A DNA stretch of 58,969 nucleotides from a virus. Its lineage: Duplodnaviria; Caudoviricetes. A program made the position numbers and the translations under genes. Below, one piece after another: positions 44,856 to 54,317 of the stretch. The notes under the pieces are model-generated. The model had not been told where the DNA came from. It did not search any database and worked only from the letters and a program-made list of their open reading frames with translations. The stretch's first letter is position 1; every line of letters begins with the position of its first letter. The stretch lies in IMG/VR virus record IMGVR_UViG_3300032053_000085, positions 1 through 58,969 of that record. One strand, written 5' to 3'.

Positions 44856-46237
44856 TAAACAAACTCGCTTTTCAGGTGGTAACGTCCGATCGAAGGCGAT
44901 CCCGCGACCGCAATCTGCCTAGTAGGCAGATTGAGTAAGTATTCCTGCTCACGTAGCTTGATCCAGTTGAATCTTACTACCTGTTGTTGGCGTTCGTACT
45001 GATCGAGATTTATCCCGATCACTCCGTTGCAGTGGGCGTTAATACCCTTCGATCCTTCGAAGTCAGCTAAGCCCAACCACCGAGTAGTATAGCCACTAGC
45101 CTTGGATTGGGAAGCGGTAAGTACGAGAATTTTGTATTTACTACTAATCATGCGAAGCATGGCGAAGTTATGGTCGATCGCTTCATGTGTCTGCATGGCC
45201 GGATCGCGGGCGATCAGCCCTGCGTAGTCCACTGCTACGATCTCTGGTAGCCATCCTTGCGTAGCCCAAGCATCCAGCTTGTTGTCGAGATCAGCTACGG
45301 AAAACGTCCTCGCAGGCTTCGAAATAATTCGAAGCCTGTTTGGATCGCCCTTGGAAGCAACAGCCGCCCAGGCGGCTGTTGCTTCGTCTTCCGTGTAGCC
45401 TTCCTTAGCGTATCGTTCGCTGAACGATACTTTGATTTCCTTTTCTTCGTAGCCGATTGATTCCGGTATGCAGTATTTACCGGGAAACATCGGTTTCCCG
45501 ACGAATGCTGTCGTCCATCGCTTTAGGCATTGCTCACGACTCAAGTCACCTAGATTGAAGAATGCAACACGTCTGTTCTGCAACACTGCTCGCTGGCATA
45601 AGGCAGCCAAGTGACTGCTTTTACCGGAACCGTCGGTTCCGATAAAACTCACCAAGGCATCTAGGTGGAGCGATGGCCCAAACCATTGGGCCATTGCCGA
45701 TCCAGGCGGGAACTGAATCACGCTCTGGTATTTGGTTTGGTTGAACGCATCACTGACTGCCGTAGCATCTTCGAGCGGACTGATGTAATCAGACTGCTCG
45801 GCAAATACTGGCATCTTGAACTGTGATAGCGTATCAGCCGCCCGCTGCGTTTCGCCATTGCTCAACGCAGCATTAGCTCGATCGATAGTAGACTTGACTA
45901 CGTTACGCGAAACCGTACGTTCGATCAGGTCCACGCAGTAGTCGGCATTCATGTCGACCGGCTTGAGCGACGACAAGAACTTCTCCACGATCGCTTTGTT
46001 GGCACGGTCTGCCGTAATGCTCCACTCGCCGTAGATTGCGGTGAGCGTAGCAGGTCCGGGCGCTTCATTAAACTCCCGGTAGTGTTTGGCTGCCCAGCCA
46101 AACACTAGATTTGCCCAAGTATTAGCAAAAGGCTTCTCTGGGACGTGCTTGCATACTTTTGCAAGCACGTCCGTCTGTAGGCAACATGCGGCGACGGCGA
46201 GCCGTTCGTCTGACCCATCGTAATTTTCTACTTGCAC
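44855..46237 (-). CDS. DnaB-like replicative helicase
   Basis: Walker A GTDGSGKS, VDYA, TASQ; adjacent to primase. Confidence 0.85.
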   Translation of the reverse strand: MQVENYDGSDERLAVAACCLQTDVLAKVCKHVPEKPFANTWANLVFGWAAKHYREFNEAPGPATLTAIYGEWSITADRANKAIVEKFLSSLKPVDMNADYCVDLIERTVSRNVVKSTIDRANAALSNGETQRAADTLSQFKMPVFAEQSDYISPLEDATAVSDAFNQTKYQSVIQFPPGSAMAQWFGPSLHLDALVSFIGTDGSGKSSHLAALCQRAVLQNRRVAFFNLGDLSREQCLKRWTTAFVGKPMFPGKYCIPESIGYEEKEIKVSFSERYAKEGYTEDEATAAWAAVASKGDPNRLRIISKPARTFSVADLDNKLDAWATQGWLPEIVAVDYAGLIARDPAMQTHEAIDHNFAMLRMISSKYKILVLTASQSKASGYTTRWLGLADFEGSKGINAHCNGVIGINLDQYERQQQVVRFNWIKLREQEYLLNLPTRQIAVAGSPSIGRYHLKSEFV

Positions 46238-47115
46238 TATCGTTCCTTTGGTAAGCCTGCGAGGGCGCGAAGTTCATTTATTTCTGCGTCACCGGCTTCA
46301 CCAGGATCGGCAGCATTGAGATTCACAACTGTTGTGCGTCCGGGGAAGCCGCTCAGAGCAACGGCCAGTTCCCTGGCCTTCTGCTGTGCCGGAATCGAGT
46401 TATCGAATACGATAACTCGATTCCAGATATCGGATAGCCAAGCTACCTGTTCCAGCGTGTACGCCAGTCCGAACGTAGCCACAGCACCCCTACCGACGTT
46501 GATAGCTGATAGCGGACCTTCAGTAATGATACAGCTATCGCGGACGAATTGGTTCCCGAAAACTAGGTGCTTTTCGTGATAAGATTTTTCCTCGGTAGTC
46601 GCGGTCTGATAGCGGGGCTCCTGCCCGACGGCGGCTCTTGCAGTCCATGCAACGAGCCGCCGCCCGTGATAGATCGGGATGAATGCACGTCTCGGGTAAT
46701 TTGAGAAATTACCCGTGGCTTGCATTCCCCAGACCTGTTCTAGGTAGTCTAGATCATACCCGCGATCTTCAAGGTACATGGACACCGCTGGCACGTCGCG
46801 TAACGGCTGTAATTGTGTTGGTGGTGTGTACACACCCATAGCCGTCGGGCCTTCGGCTACGACGAAGGCACGGTCCCCTAGAAGGGCGTTAATCTCGACT
46901 CTAGGTGCGTTGGTCAGTTGGTGGAGAAGTTTGGGTACAAACTTTCCTCCACACTGATAACAGGATGCCCGTCGCATGTCATCGCGGATACCTAGGTGGT
47001 AGTTCTGCGAGTGACATTGAGGACATTCGCGAATCTGGCACCAACCTGCTCTACTATGTTTATTTTGTTTAGACCAGTCGATACGGTACTTATCGAGAAA
47101 TTCTGTCAGCATCAT
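46237..47115 (-). CDS. DNA primase (Zn finger plus TOPRIM)
   Basis: CPQC...CYQCG, YL..RG, IPI, TEGP, FDN, DPG. Confidence 0.9.
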   Translation of the reverse strand: MMLTEFLDKYRIDWSKQNKHSRAGWCQIRECPQCHSQNYHLGIRDDMRRASCYQCGGKFVPKLLHQLTNAPRVEINALLGDRAFVVAEGPTAMGVYTPPTQLQPLRDVPAVSMYLEDRGYDLDYLEQVWGMQATGNFSNYPRRAFIPIYHGRRLVAWTARAAVGQEPRYQTATTEEKSYHEKHLVFGNQFVRDSCIITEGPLSAINVGRGAVATFGLAYTLEQVAWLSDIWNRVIVFDNSIPAQQKARELAVALSGFPGRTTVVNLNAADPGEAGDAEINELRALAGLPKER

Positions 47116-47414
47116 TGGGTAATTATTACCTCGGATTCAGTTTCAATCCAGACGTGGGCACCGGCAGTGTGGTTTTGTTCTTCTGGTTTGCTTTGATTAC
47201 GTGCTGATTTACGTGAATTATGGTTTTCATTAGGTTTCGGTTCTTCTATCCAGTCATTACAAAAGGTAGTATTCTCACCACAGCAGAATGGCCACACGCC
47301 GTCTACTTTATCGTGGCAGGAGTACCGAAACCGGACTCCCGCGAAAATGCGTTGACACTTGCGGCATCGCATTGATCCTGTGGCCCAGCCGTGTTTGAAT
47401 TTTTCGTAGTTCAT
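47112..47414 (-). CDS. Hypothetical Cys-containing protein
   Basis: CRKC...CCG; ATGA coupling to primase. Confidence 0.6.
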   Translation of the reverse strand: MNYEKFKHGWATGSMRCRKCQRIFAGVRFRYSCHDKVDGVWPFCCGENTTFCNDWIEEPKPNENHNSRKSARNQSKPEEQNHTAGAHVWIETESEVIITQ

Positions 47415-47504
47415 TATCGTTTTCTAATCTTCTGGTACAGTTTGTAGCTATAGCCACGCACAGCAAACACCAGTACAATCAGCAATAAAGCAATGTATTC
47501 CATC

Positions 47505-48059
47505 CTATCCTCGTCTTGCCGCTCGGGCAGTTAGCTTGATGAATTCCTTAAACCGCGAATGTTCCAAGTGGAACCTTCGCATACGTGGCGTGCCATTTGG
47601 CATGATTTCCGTGAACCATTGCAGGATAAATAGTCTCCCTGGAGGCAGATGGTTGTAGAGAATGTCGTCCACTGGTGCATTTTTAAGGTAGTCTCGGTAC
47701 TTGGTCAAGGCGTCTTGGACGTACTCGGCTTCGATTTCGCAGCCTGCGTCGGCAATCTTTATGGCCATTTCGAATGCTTCAATGGATACATTGACGCATG
47801 TCGCCATGGGGTCGCGGGATGCTAGCTCTGCGTACCACTTAGCGTTTTTGGCGATCGTTTTGGCGTGAGGAAGATCAGGCAGGCCCCCATGCTGAAGCCA
47901 TCGAATGATGGCTTCAGCGTCCGAAAAAGAAACCCCAGCGGCGAGCACACTTGACCAGTAGGAAATGCCCGAATTCTGCGGCGCTATTTGCACGTACTGT
48001 TTATGTAACTTGGCCGCTGGGGTAGACCCGTTGGATTCTTGTAAGCTTTTGAATGACAT
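47505..48059 (-). CDS. Hypothetical protein
   Basis: 184-aa ORF. Confidence 0.7.
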   Translation of the reverse strand: MSFKSLQESNGSTPAAKLHKQYVQIAPQNSGISYWSSVLAAGVSFSDAEAIIRWLQHGGLPDLPHAKTIAKNAKWYAELASRDPMATCVNVSIEAFEMAIKIADAGCEIEAEYVQDALTKYRDYLKNAPVDDILYNHLPPGRLFILQWFTEIMPNGTPRMRRFHLEHSRFKEFIKLTARAARRG

Positions 48060-48101
48060 TCGTTATTCTATCGTTTCGTCTCGGGGGTGTCTGATTTTGC
48101 G

Positions 48102-48338
48102 TTAATCGTCCAGTTCGGACGGCCTAGGCCAGAATGGTAACTTCCTGTACCATTCGATGTTCTTTTGGCGGAGTTGCCGCTGTTTTATGACCTTGACCAC
48201 TATGTCCACGTCTTCCTTGATGCAGTCGAGCATGGCAATCGTGAGGACTTCGGCTTCGGTCCAGTCGTTGGTCTTGCAGAAGTTAGCGAAGCATTCGCTA
48301 ACTTCTGCTGGTACTTCGTCTATTTGGCTACTGCTCAT
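48102..48338 (-). CDS. Small protein, ribbon-helix-helix-like
   Basis: VPAEVSECFANFCKTNDWTEAEVLTIAMLDCI; AGGAGG RBS. Confidence 0.55.
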   Translation of the reverse strand: MSSSQIDEVPAEVSECFANFCKTNDWTEAEVLTIAMLDCIKEDVDIVVKVIKQRQLRQKNIEWYRKLPFWPRPSELDD

Positions 48339-49669
48339 GGTTCTAGCATAGCCTCCTGGAGCATGGCAAGAGTATTTAATTGATTTTGTTTTTTTCCATC
48401 CACGATGGTATCCGAAATAGTTGATTTTTCTTGGAGAACACGGCAAAGCTTTTCTTCGATCGTATTGGCAGCGACCAGGTAGATTACTTCGGTCGCATTT
48501 AGTTGCCCGATTCGGTAGTTGCGGTCCTTGGCCTGGAGTATGTGCCTGGGTGCCCATGGAAGCTGCGTGAAAACGGTTCTTGTAGCCGCATTGAGGGTGA
48601 TACCCGCACCGGCAGCCACTATCTGGCACACTATGATATCGATATCTGGATCGGTTTCGAACTGTGTGATGATCCGCGTTCGTTTCTTCGCGGGCACCGA
48701 GCCGTCTATCACTAGTGACCTACCGGGGGTAACTCTACGGTGGATCACATCAATCATCTGTGTGTTAATAGCAAAGACGATTATTTTTTCGCCTGGGCGA
48801 TCTGCTAACGCCTTTCGAAGCCACTCGACGACTGCCCTGGCTTTACCACGGGCAGTCGTCATAAGCATCTGCGTAGTTAGACTGAGTCTGTTCGCCCCTT
48901 GATTACCGAAGCGGTTAAACTGCCCCGTGGCTGATTTAACGTACTGTTCGTGTAAGACCCGGTAATCGCTGTCGTTATCGAGAGGCACTGTTTCCATGCG
49001 TATGTGCTGCTCTGGTAGGTCTAGTATTTCCTTCCTGCGTCGGATCATAAACGGCGAAATACTTTTGTGTAATTCACCGAGATTCGTCGCCCCTGTATAG
49101 TCCCATCTACCTTGGCTATCGATGAATCGCGGAGCACAGTATTTCCAAGCATACTGATTGAATGAGGGGAATAGATCGGGACGAATAATGTGCAGAATCG
49201 CGAAGAAATCTTTCGGCCTGTTAGCCACGGGCGTACCCGACAATCCAAGTACTCGCGGGCATCGCCGTGCAAGCGAGATAGCGGCTTTAGTCCAACGTGC
49301 TTCAGGGTTCTGAAGTGCGTGGGCCTCATCAAACGCCAGATATTTGAAGTTTTGCTCCGCCAGCCACGGTAGTTGGTCTGCTAGAATATCGTAGTTGATA
49401 ATCGTTAGCGGTTCCTCTACGTCTCCCTCATAAAGAGAGCGACCGTCAACTACGAGCGCTTTACGTCCTGTCCAGGCGTGAAATTCTTTGGCCCAGTTGT
49501 GTTTAACAGACGAAGGGCATACCACTAATGCAGGGTAGCTATTTTGCCGCTCCATGTAATTTATGGCGATCGCTGTTTTGCCAAGTCCTGGGTCGTGGGC
49601 CAGTAACGCTCGTCCGTTGGCTTTTTCGATGAATTGGATATCTTCGATCTGGTAGGGGAATAATTCCAT
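48335..49669 (-). CDS. SNF2-family (SF2) helicase
   Basis: DPGLGKT, CP.S...NW..E, DEAH, LSGTP, G.GITL, QA.DR.YRIGQ. Confidence 0.93.
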   Translation of the reverse strand: MELFPYQIEDIQFIEKANGRALLAHDPGLGKTAIAINYMERQNSYPALVVCPSSVKHNWAKEFHAWTGRKALVVDGRSLYEGDVEEPLTIINYDILADQLPWLAEQNFKYLAFDEAHALQNPEARWTKAAISLARRCPRVLGLSGTPVANRPKDFFAILHIIRPDLFPSFNQYAWKYCAPRFIDSQGRWDYTGATNLGELHKSISPFMIRRRKEILDLPEQHIRMETVPLDNDSDYRVLHEQYVKSATGQFNRFGNQGANRLSLTTQMLMTTARGKARAVVEWLRKALADRPGEKIIVFAINTQMIDVIHRRVTPGRSLVIDGSVPAKKRTRIITQFETDPDIDIIVCQIVAAGAGITLNAATRTVFTQLPWAPRHILQAKDRNYRIGQLNATEVIYLVAANTIEEKLCRVLQEKSTISDTIVDGKKQNQLNTLAMLQEAMLEP

Positions 49670-49678
49670 GCTGGTTAT

Positions 49679-49852
49679 CTATACTGATTCTGCCTTCGCG
49701 GCATTGTAAGTGCTAGTAGCGGTTCGATTCCGTTGTTTATGCGGGATTTCACTGTGGAGTAGTTGGCGTTGTAGGGTCGTGAGACGACCATATGTTTCTG
49801 GGGTGAATTCGGTGCATACTCGCACCGAATGGACTACAATATACTTAGCCAT
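49679..49852 (-). pseudogene. Internally deleted HNH (copy 3)
   Basis: First 27 codons nearly identical to copy 2 (MAKYIVVHSVRVCTEF.PETYGRLTTL), joined out of frame to the C-terminus YNANYSTVKSRINNGIEPLLALTMP. Confidence 0.85.
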
Positions 49853-49926
49853 TTGAAATAATTACCTATTTTGATTGGATAGAAAAGCCACGGGATTGAG
49901 TCCCCGTGGCTTTTTGCATTATAGCA
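49853..49926 (-). promoter_or_regulatory. HNH leader cassette copy 3
   Basis: Hairpin and loop identical to copy 1; TGcTATAAT at 49918-49926. Confidence 0.88.
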
Positions 49927-50292
49927 CTATTTTTGCTGGACTTCAGCAAATTGATACCACCGCGACTCCGAGGTACGCCATTTCATCTGGCCGGGACGGT
50001 ACTGTACTATTAAAGTATAGGTCCACGGTTCGTCGACGTGGTTCCGCACCCTGCCTTTGAGCGGCTGGTAGGCCCACTGCATCGGCCACAATTTCTGCCA
50101 ATGTGCTTTACGTTGGACTATGGCTACTGGACACTCAAACGAGTCGCATTCTTCTAGTTGCTTTTCCTCTACGACTACGAGTAGCTGATATGATTCGTAC
50201 TCGTATGCGATGTAATGCTCGCCTATAGAAGGTGAGCCTATTCTTACGATTTCCCAGCCGTGGGGCACTCCGACTATGCCGTTATTACCCAC
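49927..50292 (-). CDS. Hypothetical protein (start uncertain)
   Basis: VPHGWEIVRIG.P..GE ... RVRN...EPW. Confidence 0.6.
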   Translation of the reverse strand: MGNNGIVGVPHGWEIVRIGSPSIGEHYIAYEYESYQLLVVVEEKQLEECDSFECPVAIVQRKAHWQKLWPMQWAYQPLKGRVRNHVDEPWTYTLIVQYRPGQMKWRTSESRWYQFAEVQQK

Positions 50293-50792
50293 GCCGCCGT
50301 CCGCTTCGTGCGTTTGGTTACTTTCTCCTTGATCCCCTCGATCGTGTCCAGGAGTTTGTCCTTGTTCGTTTCCGTTGCTTGGCATAGTCGTCTAGTTAAT
50401 CCTATTGCTTTCCGGCTTTCTAGCCGCTCGTACGCTTCAATGACGGCGAGTTCGTCTTTGTCGAACTCTGCCGGTATGCCAGTAACGTCCAGCGTCACGC
50501 ATTCGCCGTACGCATTTGTACTGACGTATTGAATCCGTGAGCGTCGATCTGACTTTTTGATCTGGGCACGAACGAAGTTGAGTGCCACCGTACCAGCAAA
50601 TGTAGTCATCTGACCACGGGTCGGATCGAACTTATGCTTGTATTTTAGCCAAATAACTACGAAATCTTGGAAATAATCGTCGTAGGATACACGATTTTGT
50701 TGGCTAGTATGCCATCCTTTGTATAAAATCTTATGTATCAAAGGACCGGCACCGCAAAACATTGGCTCGCTAAGGATTGTATTCAACAACAT
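50274..50792 (-). CDS. Sigma70-family sigma-like factor (region 2)
   Basis: DDYFQD......KFDPTRG.MTTFA. Confidence 0.75.
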   Translation of the reverse strand: MLLNTILSEPMFCGAGPLIHKILYKGWHTSQQNRVSYDDYFQDFVVIWLKYKHKFDPTRGQMTTFAGTVALNFVRAQIKKSDRRSRIQYVSTNAYGECVTLDVTGIPAEFDKDELAVIEAYERLESRKAIGLTRRLCQATETNKDKLLDTIEGIKEKVTKRTKRTAAWVITA

Positions 50793-50837
50793 GATTCGAC
50801 TGTCTCCGAAGGGGGATGTGGGGGTTAAGTTGCTTTG

Positions 50838-50865
50838 ATTGTATCGAAACGCGAACTGGTGGCAA
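50838..50865 (-). promoter_or_regulatory. Promoter TTGCCA-N16-TACAAT for the sigma/replication block
   Basis: Near-consensus hexamers in the divergent intergenic gap. Confidence 0.65.
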
Positions 50866-50901
50866 GGGGTTGCTACAAATAATTTTCGAAAGTCCGTCTA
50901 A

Positions 50902-51582
50902 ATGCGAAAACAAAACGTACTGGTGCTTGGCGATACTCACTGCCCCGGAATGCTTCCGGGCTACCCGAAGTTCTGTGAGCATGTAGGAAAACAGTACAAA
51001 TGCACCAGGGTCGTACACATTGGAGATTGCGTCGATAACGCCGCAATCTCTTTCCACGACAAGCACCCCGGACTCAGTTCCGCCGCCGAGGAATACAAAA
51101 AAGCCAAGAAACAAGTTCTGGAACTCTGGCGACGGTTTCCTAGGCTAACTCTCATCACCGGTAATCACGACGCTCTTACCGAAAGGCAGGCAACAGCCGC
51201 AGGCTTATTGCCTGAATGGATTAAAGATTTCAACAATATGTGGTTTACGCCCGGATGGACTGTTGTCCCTCGCTTCGGCCATCTTGAGATCGACGGTGTC
51301 CGATACGAACACGGCGATGCGGGCAAGACAGGTAATTTTGCTGCTGTTAAAACGAGCAGGGCACGCTTTCAGAGCGTTGTTAGCGGTCACTGCCACTCTG
51401 AAGCCGGTTGCTGGTTTACGTGCAACGGTAGGGCCAAGGTGTTCGGCATGAACGTCGGCACTGGAGTAGATCACGATCTACTCCAGTTTGAATACGGCCA
51501 GAAGTTCACCGCCAAACCCGTTGTTGGGTGTGGCGTAGTTATTCAAGGCAAAATCCCTGTCTTTATTCCAATGGACTTGTAA
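50902..51582 (+). CDS. Calcineurin-like metallophosphoesterase
   Basis: GDTH, GD.VD, GNHD, HG, GHCH. Confidence 0.9.
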   Translation: MRKQNVLVLGDTHCPGMLPGYPKFCEHVGKQYKCTRVVHIGDCVDNAAISFHDKHPGLSSAAEEYKKAKKQVLELWRRFPRLTLITGNHDALTERQATAAGLLPEWIKDFNNMWFTPGWTVVPRFGHLEIDGVRYEHGDAGKTGNFAAVKTSRARFQSVVSGHCHSEAGCWFTCNGRAKVFGMNVGTGVDHDLLQFEYGQKFTAKPVVGCGVVIQGKIPVFIPMDL

Positions 51583-51584
51583 TC

Positions 51585-51851
51585 ATGGCAATGTGTAGTA
51601 AATGCGGCTGGTGTAACCAGTTGGTTTCGTATATCTGTGCTGCCCAGTATCGGCATGGCGGCCAGCAACTCGTGCTCTGCTCGGGTTGCTGGAAATCCGG
51701 CAAGCGATGCTTCGTGCATCCTGATTCCGGGGAGATACTGGCCGCCCCAAAGGAATCGATCTTTCAGGAGATTCCTGTCTGGTACGACGATGGCGGATAC
51801 GTGACTGGTGAAGGCGGAACTTGGTGGGAGGAACCTTCGAATGCCAACTAA
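51585..51851 (+). CDS. Small Zn-finger-like protein
   Basis: CSKCGWC...CSGC. Confidence 0.6.
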   Translation: MAMCSKCGWCNQLVSYICAAQYRHGGQQLVLCSGCWKSGKRCFVHPDSGEILAAPKESIFQEIPVWYDDGGYVTGEGGTWWEEPSNAN

Positions 51852-52140
51852 CATCGTGGCACGTCTAGCCAACAAAATCAGGCGTAAATACCCCCATTTG
51901 AAGTTTCGGATACGGCGACAGCGCCTACTCGACGCATTCGCCACGGCTCATCTACAGGCACACGACGGGACGTACATAATCACCATCGATAGAGAGATCA
52001 AGCCTGATCTCGCAGCGTTTTTGCTCGTCCATGAGTGTGCTCATTGCGCAAGCTACAATATGGAGACGGAAGAACACGGCCCGTCATTCTGGCTGGCTTA
52101 TCGCGATATGTACGCTATCTACTCTGAATTCACCGCCTAG
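51841..52140 (+). CDS. Zincin-like metallopeptidase (HExxH)
   Basis: LVHECAH....EEHGPSF. Confidence 0.78.
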   Translation: MPTNIVARLANKIRRKYPHLKFRIRRQRLLDAFATAHLQAHDGTYIITIDREIKPDLAAFLLVHECAHCASYNMETEEHGPSFWLAYRDMYAIYSEFTA

Positions 52141-52205
52141 ACGAGGAGTAGCGGCTATAATCAGATAGGTCATTTACCTAAAACACCAACCGAAAGCCCC
52201 AAGTC

Positions 52206-52865
52206 ATGGCAAAACGAGCAAGGAAAGTCCCCGATTCGCAGGTCAATGATGCCTGGGAAATACCAAAGCGAGTGACTCTATCCTCATACCAGCAACTAGC
52301 CTACAAGGTTATTGATACCAACAGCATTTCCATTTTGGGCGGAGAGGCCGGTTGTGGTAAGACTTTTACTGCCATGTACTACGCAATTGAATCTATTAAG
52401 TCTGGGCGATACGACGATCTCGTGGTTATCCGTAGCCCAGTTGAAGCCGGGCGTAGTCGCCTCGGCTTCATTCCGGGCACCGTGGGCGAGAAGATGGCCC
52501 CGTGGTGCGTTCCTATGCTAGATATCGCAAAGGAGCTACGCTTCGACCGCGAGATCAAGTTCTTACCGCCCGGATACATCCAGGGGATGACCATCAACGC
52601 ATTCGTTCTAGTGGATGAATGCCAGAACTTAGATTTGTCCGAGTGGGAAATGGTTGTCACTCGACTTGGTAAAGGCGGTAAGATTTGCTTCACTGGGGAT
52701 GCCCATCAGGACACTAGACGAGTCGGCGGCATGCTTCCATTTATGGAAGCAACCGCTGACGTTACCAGTATCGGGCAATACGTGTTCCCGGATGACGCTA
52801 ATCAGCGCCATCCGGTTGTACGCGACGTAACTAGGGCATTACGCAAGTACCGCGAAACACACTAG
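52206..52865 (+). CDS. phoH: PhoH-family ATPase
   Basis: GEAGCGKT, R..VEAG..LGFIPG...EK..PW, G.T, DECQN, TRLG, GD..Q, RHP. Confidence 0.95.
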   Translation: MAKRARKVPDSQVNDAWEIPKRVTLSSYQQLAYKVIDTNSISILGGEAGCGKTFTAMYYAIESIKSGRYDDLVVIRSPVEAGRSRLGFIPGTVGEKMAPWCVPMLDIAKELRFDREIKFLPPGYIQGMTINAFVLVDECQNLDLSEWEMVVTRLGKGGKICFTGDAHQDTRRVGGMLPFMEATADVTSIGQYVFPDDANQRHPVVRDVTRALRKYRETH

Positions 52866-53035
52866 AACTGCTTCAGATCGTTTGCTCTGTTGACTTTAAT
52901 GTCGGTTACGCCTTTTTCCTGTAGCTCACAGACGAACGTGTGGCATGCCACACGTTCGTCTTTCTTGAAGGATTTCGACGACGGTACGTCGAAATCTGGG
53001 TCTGTGTACGCGACAGTCCAGTATTTATCTTCCAT
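52862..53035 (-). CDS. Small hypothetical protein, 57 aa (not in the ORF track)
   Basis: MEDKYWTVAYTDPDF...KQF*. Confidence 0.5.
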   Translation of the reverse strand: MEDKYWTVAYTDPDFDVPSSKSFKKDERVACHTFVCELQEKGVTDIKVNRANDLKQF

Positions 53036-53219
53036 CGCCGATCGCCTTTGCTCCCATAAAAAAACCTATAACACAGGCGAATAAGGCTGTGCCGATAAGC
53101 TGGGTAATACTGAGTCCCCCTATCAGTAATGCTAGGCCGGTAGCACCCATCGCGATAAGTGCTCCAAATACAGCGCAGGCTAGTATTGCAGTCCGTGCGT
53201 CGTCGTTTATTTTACTCAT
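53025..53219 (-). CDS. Small two-TM membrane protein
   Basis: Two hydrophobic helices. Confidence 0.65.
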   Translation of the reverse strand: MSKINDDARTAILACAVFGALIAMGATGLALLIGGLSITQLIGTALFACVIGFFMGAKAIGDGR

Positions 53220-53400
53220 TCTTTGCTGCCTGCTTTAAGTCCACGTTTTCTAAGGTTAGTTGGTTGCATAAGTCACAGAGTTCATTGACTCGTGCGTCCC
53301 GATGTTTGATTATGTTCCGCTGATCGACGGCTAGTGCCGTAATTAGCAGTAGGGCGAACAGCATTCCCCAATGCAGGGAATCGATTGATCTATTTTTCAT
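53212..53400 (-). CDS. Small TM plus coiled-coil protein
   Basis: WGMLFALLLITALAV. Confidence 0.6.
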   Translation of the reverse strand: MKNRSIDSLHWGMLFALLLITALAVDQRNIIKHRDARVNELCDLCNQLTLENVDLKQAAKNE

Positions 53401-53495
53401 TTTGGTAGCAAATACGAGTAGTTAAAAGGCAATTCGATATCCTGATCTTTACTTCCGGCGATCAAGTTCCTTGAGGATAATTACAGAGTTGATCT

Positions 53496-53717
53496 TCATT
53501 CTAGGTCCTCAGCACAAAAAGCCAGAACACAGGCAACAACACCCAGGAACCCGGTGATAGCCTCAGCCCCGACGAACCAAAGAGCAATGCATATCCGGCT
53601 CTTTGGTTCGGGTTCTCCGACTAGGTGGGCTGCAACCAGGGAAACGGTAAGTAGGCATAGGCCCAGTAAAAATGTTCTTATTCGCACAGTTGCCATCCTT
53701 TTGATGAGGCCACCCAA
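53496..53717 (-). CDS. Small membrane protein
   Basis: Two hydrophobic segments. Confidence 0.55.
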   Translation of the reverse strand: MGGLIKRMATVRIRTFLLGLCLLTVSLVAAHLVGEPEPKSRICIALWFVGAEAITGFLGVVACVLAFCAEDLE

Positions 53718-53923
53718 GGCCCCGATAGTTTTTCTGTTGATCCGGTACTAACTTCTCGGATCGCCCCGTTGAAAAATACGCCGCAGGCAAACGTCTTGCC
53801 TCTCCTGATGTGGACTAGAGCTTTGTTTGCTACCACGCAGGCAGCAATCCAGCCATCTACTTCCCACTCGGCACTATCTGGATTGAATGCTAGTTTATTC
53901 GTCGGTGGTTTGGTTGTCAACAC
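53678..53923 (-). CDS. Hypothetical protein
   Basis: 81-aa ORF in the tightly packed - strand cluster. Confidence 0.5.
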   Translation of the reverse strand: MLTTKPPTNKLAFNPDSAEWEVDGWIAACVVANKALVHIRRGKTFACGVFFNGAIREVSTGSTEKLSGPWVASSKGWQLCE

Positions 53924-54317
53924 GTTTTGGTCCTTTCTGCTTCAATGGTAGTGCATGACGCAACGATTCGGGCCAAACTTTTTTATTTAATCGCTCGGGA
54001 TCGCTGTCGGAATGTGTCCATGACTCGCGGAACAATCGACTATGTAGTCGATAGTCCTTATTCTCGAACTTGGTTATCCCATCAAAAGTGATGGGATACT
54101 CTTTGTCGCAGAGGCACCAGCCACGGACTTGAAACTTGCCGTTGGCCGGATTCCATTCCCATGCGATCATCTGATCGTATACCGGACGGCCTTTCATATC
54201 GAATATATGGCTTAATTCGATGCAGTCTACGTGCGTGCTGGGATGTTCGGCAAGGCCGAACATCCCAATGCCTAGCGATAATAGCCATGCTAGTTTCATC
54301 ACGGCAGTGGCTTCCAT
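53895..54317 (-). CDS. Exported conserved hypothetical protein
   Basis: Signal peptide; VD.IEL.H.FD..G..VYDQ.I.W...FRESWT..DPE resembles a family I recall from Planctomycetota. Confidence 0.72.
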   Translation of the reverse strand: MEATAVMKLAWLLSLGIGMFGLAEHPSTHVDCIELSHIFDMKGRPVYDQMIAWEWNPANGKFQVRGWCLCDKEYPITFDGITKFENKDYRLHSRLFRESWTHSDSDPERLNKKVWPESLRHALPLKQKGPKRVDNQTTDE

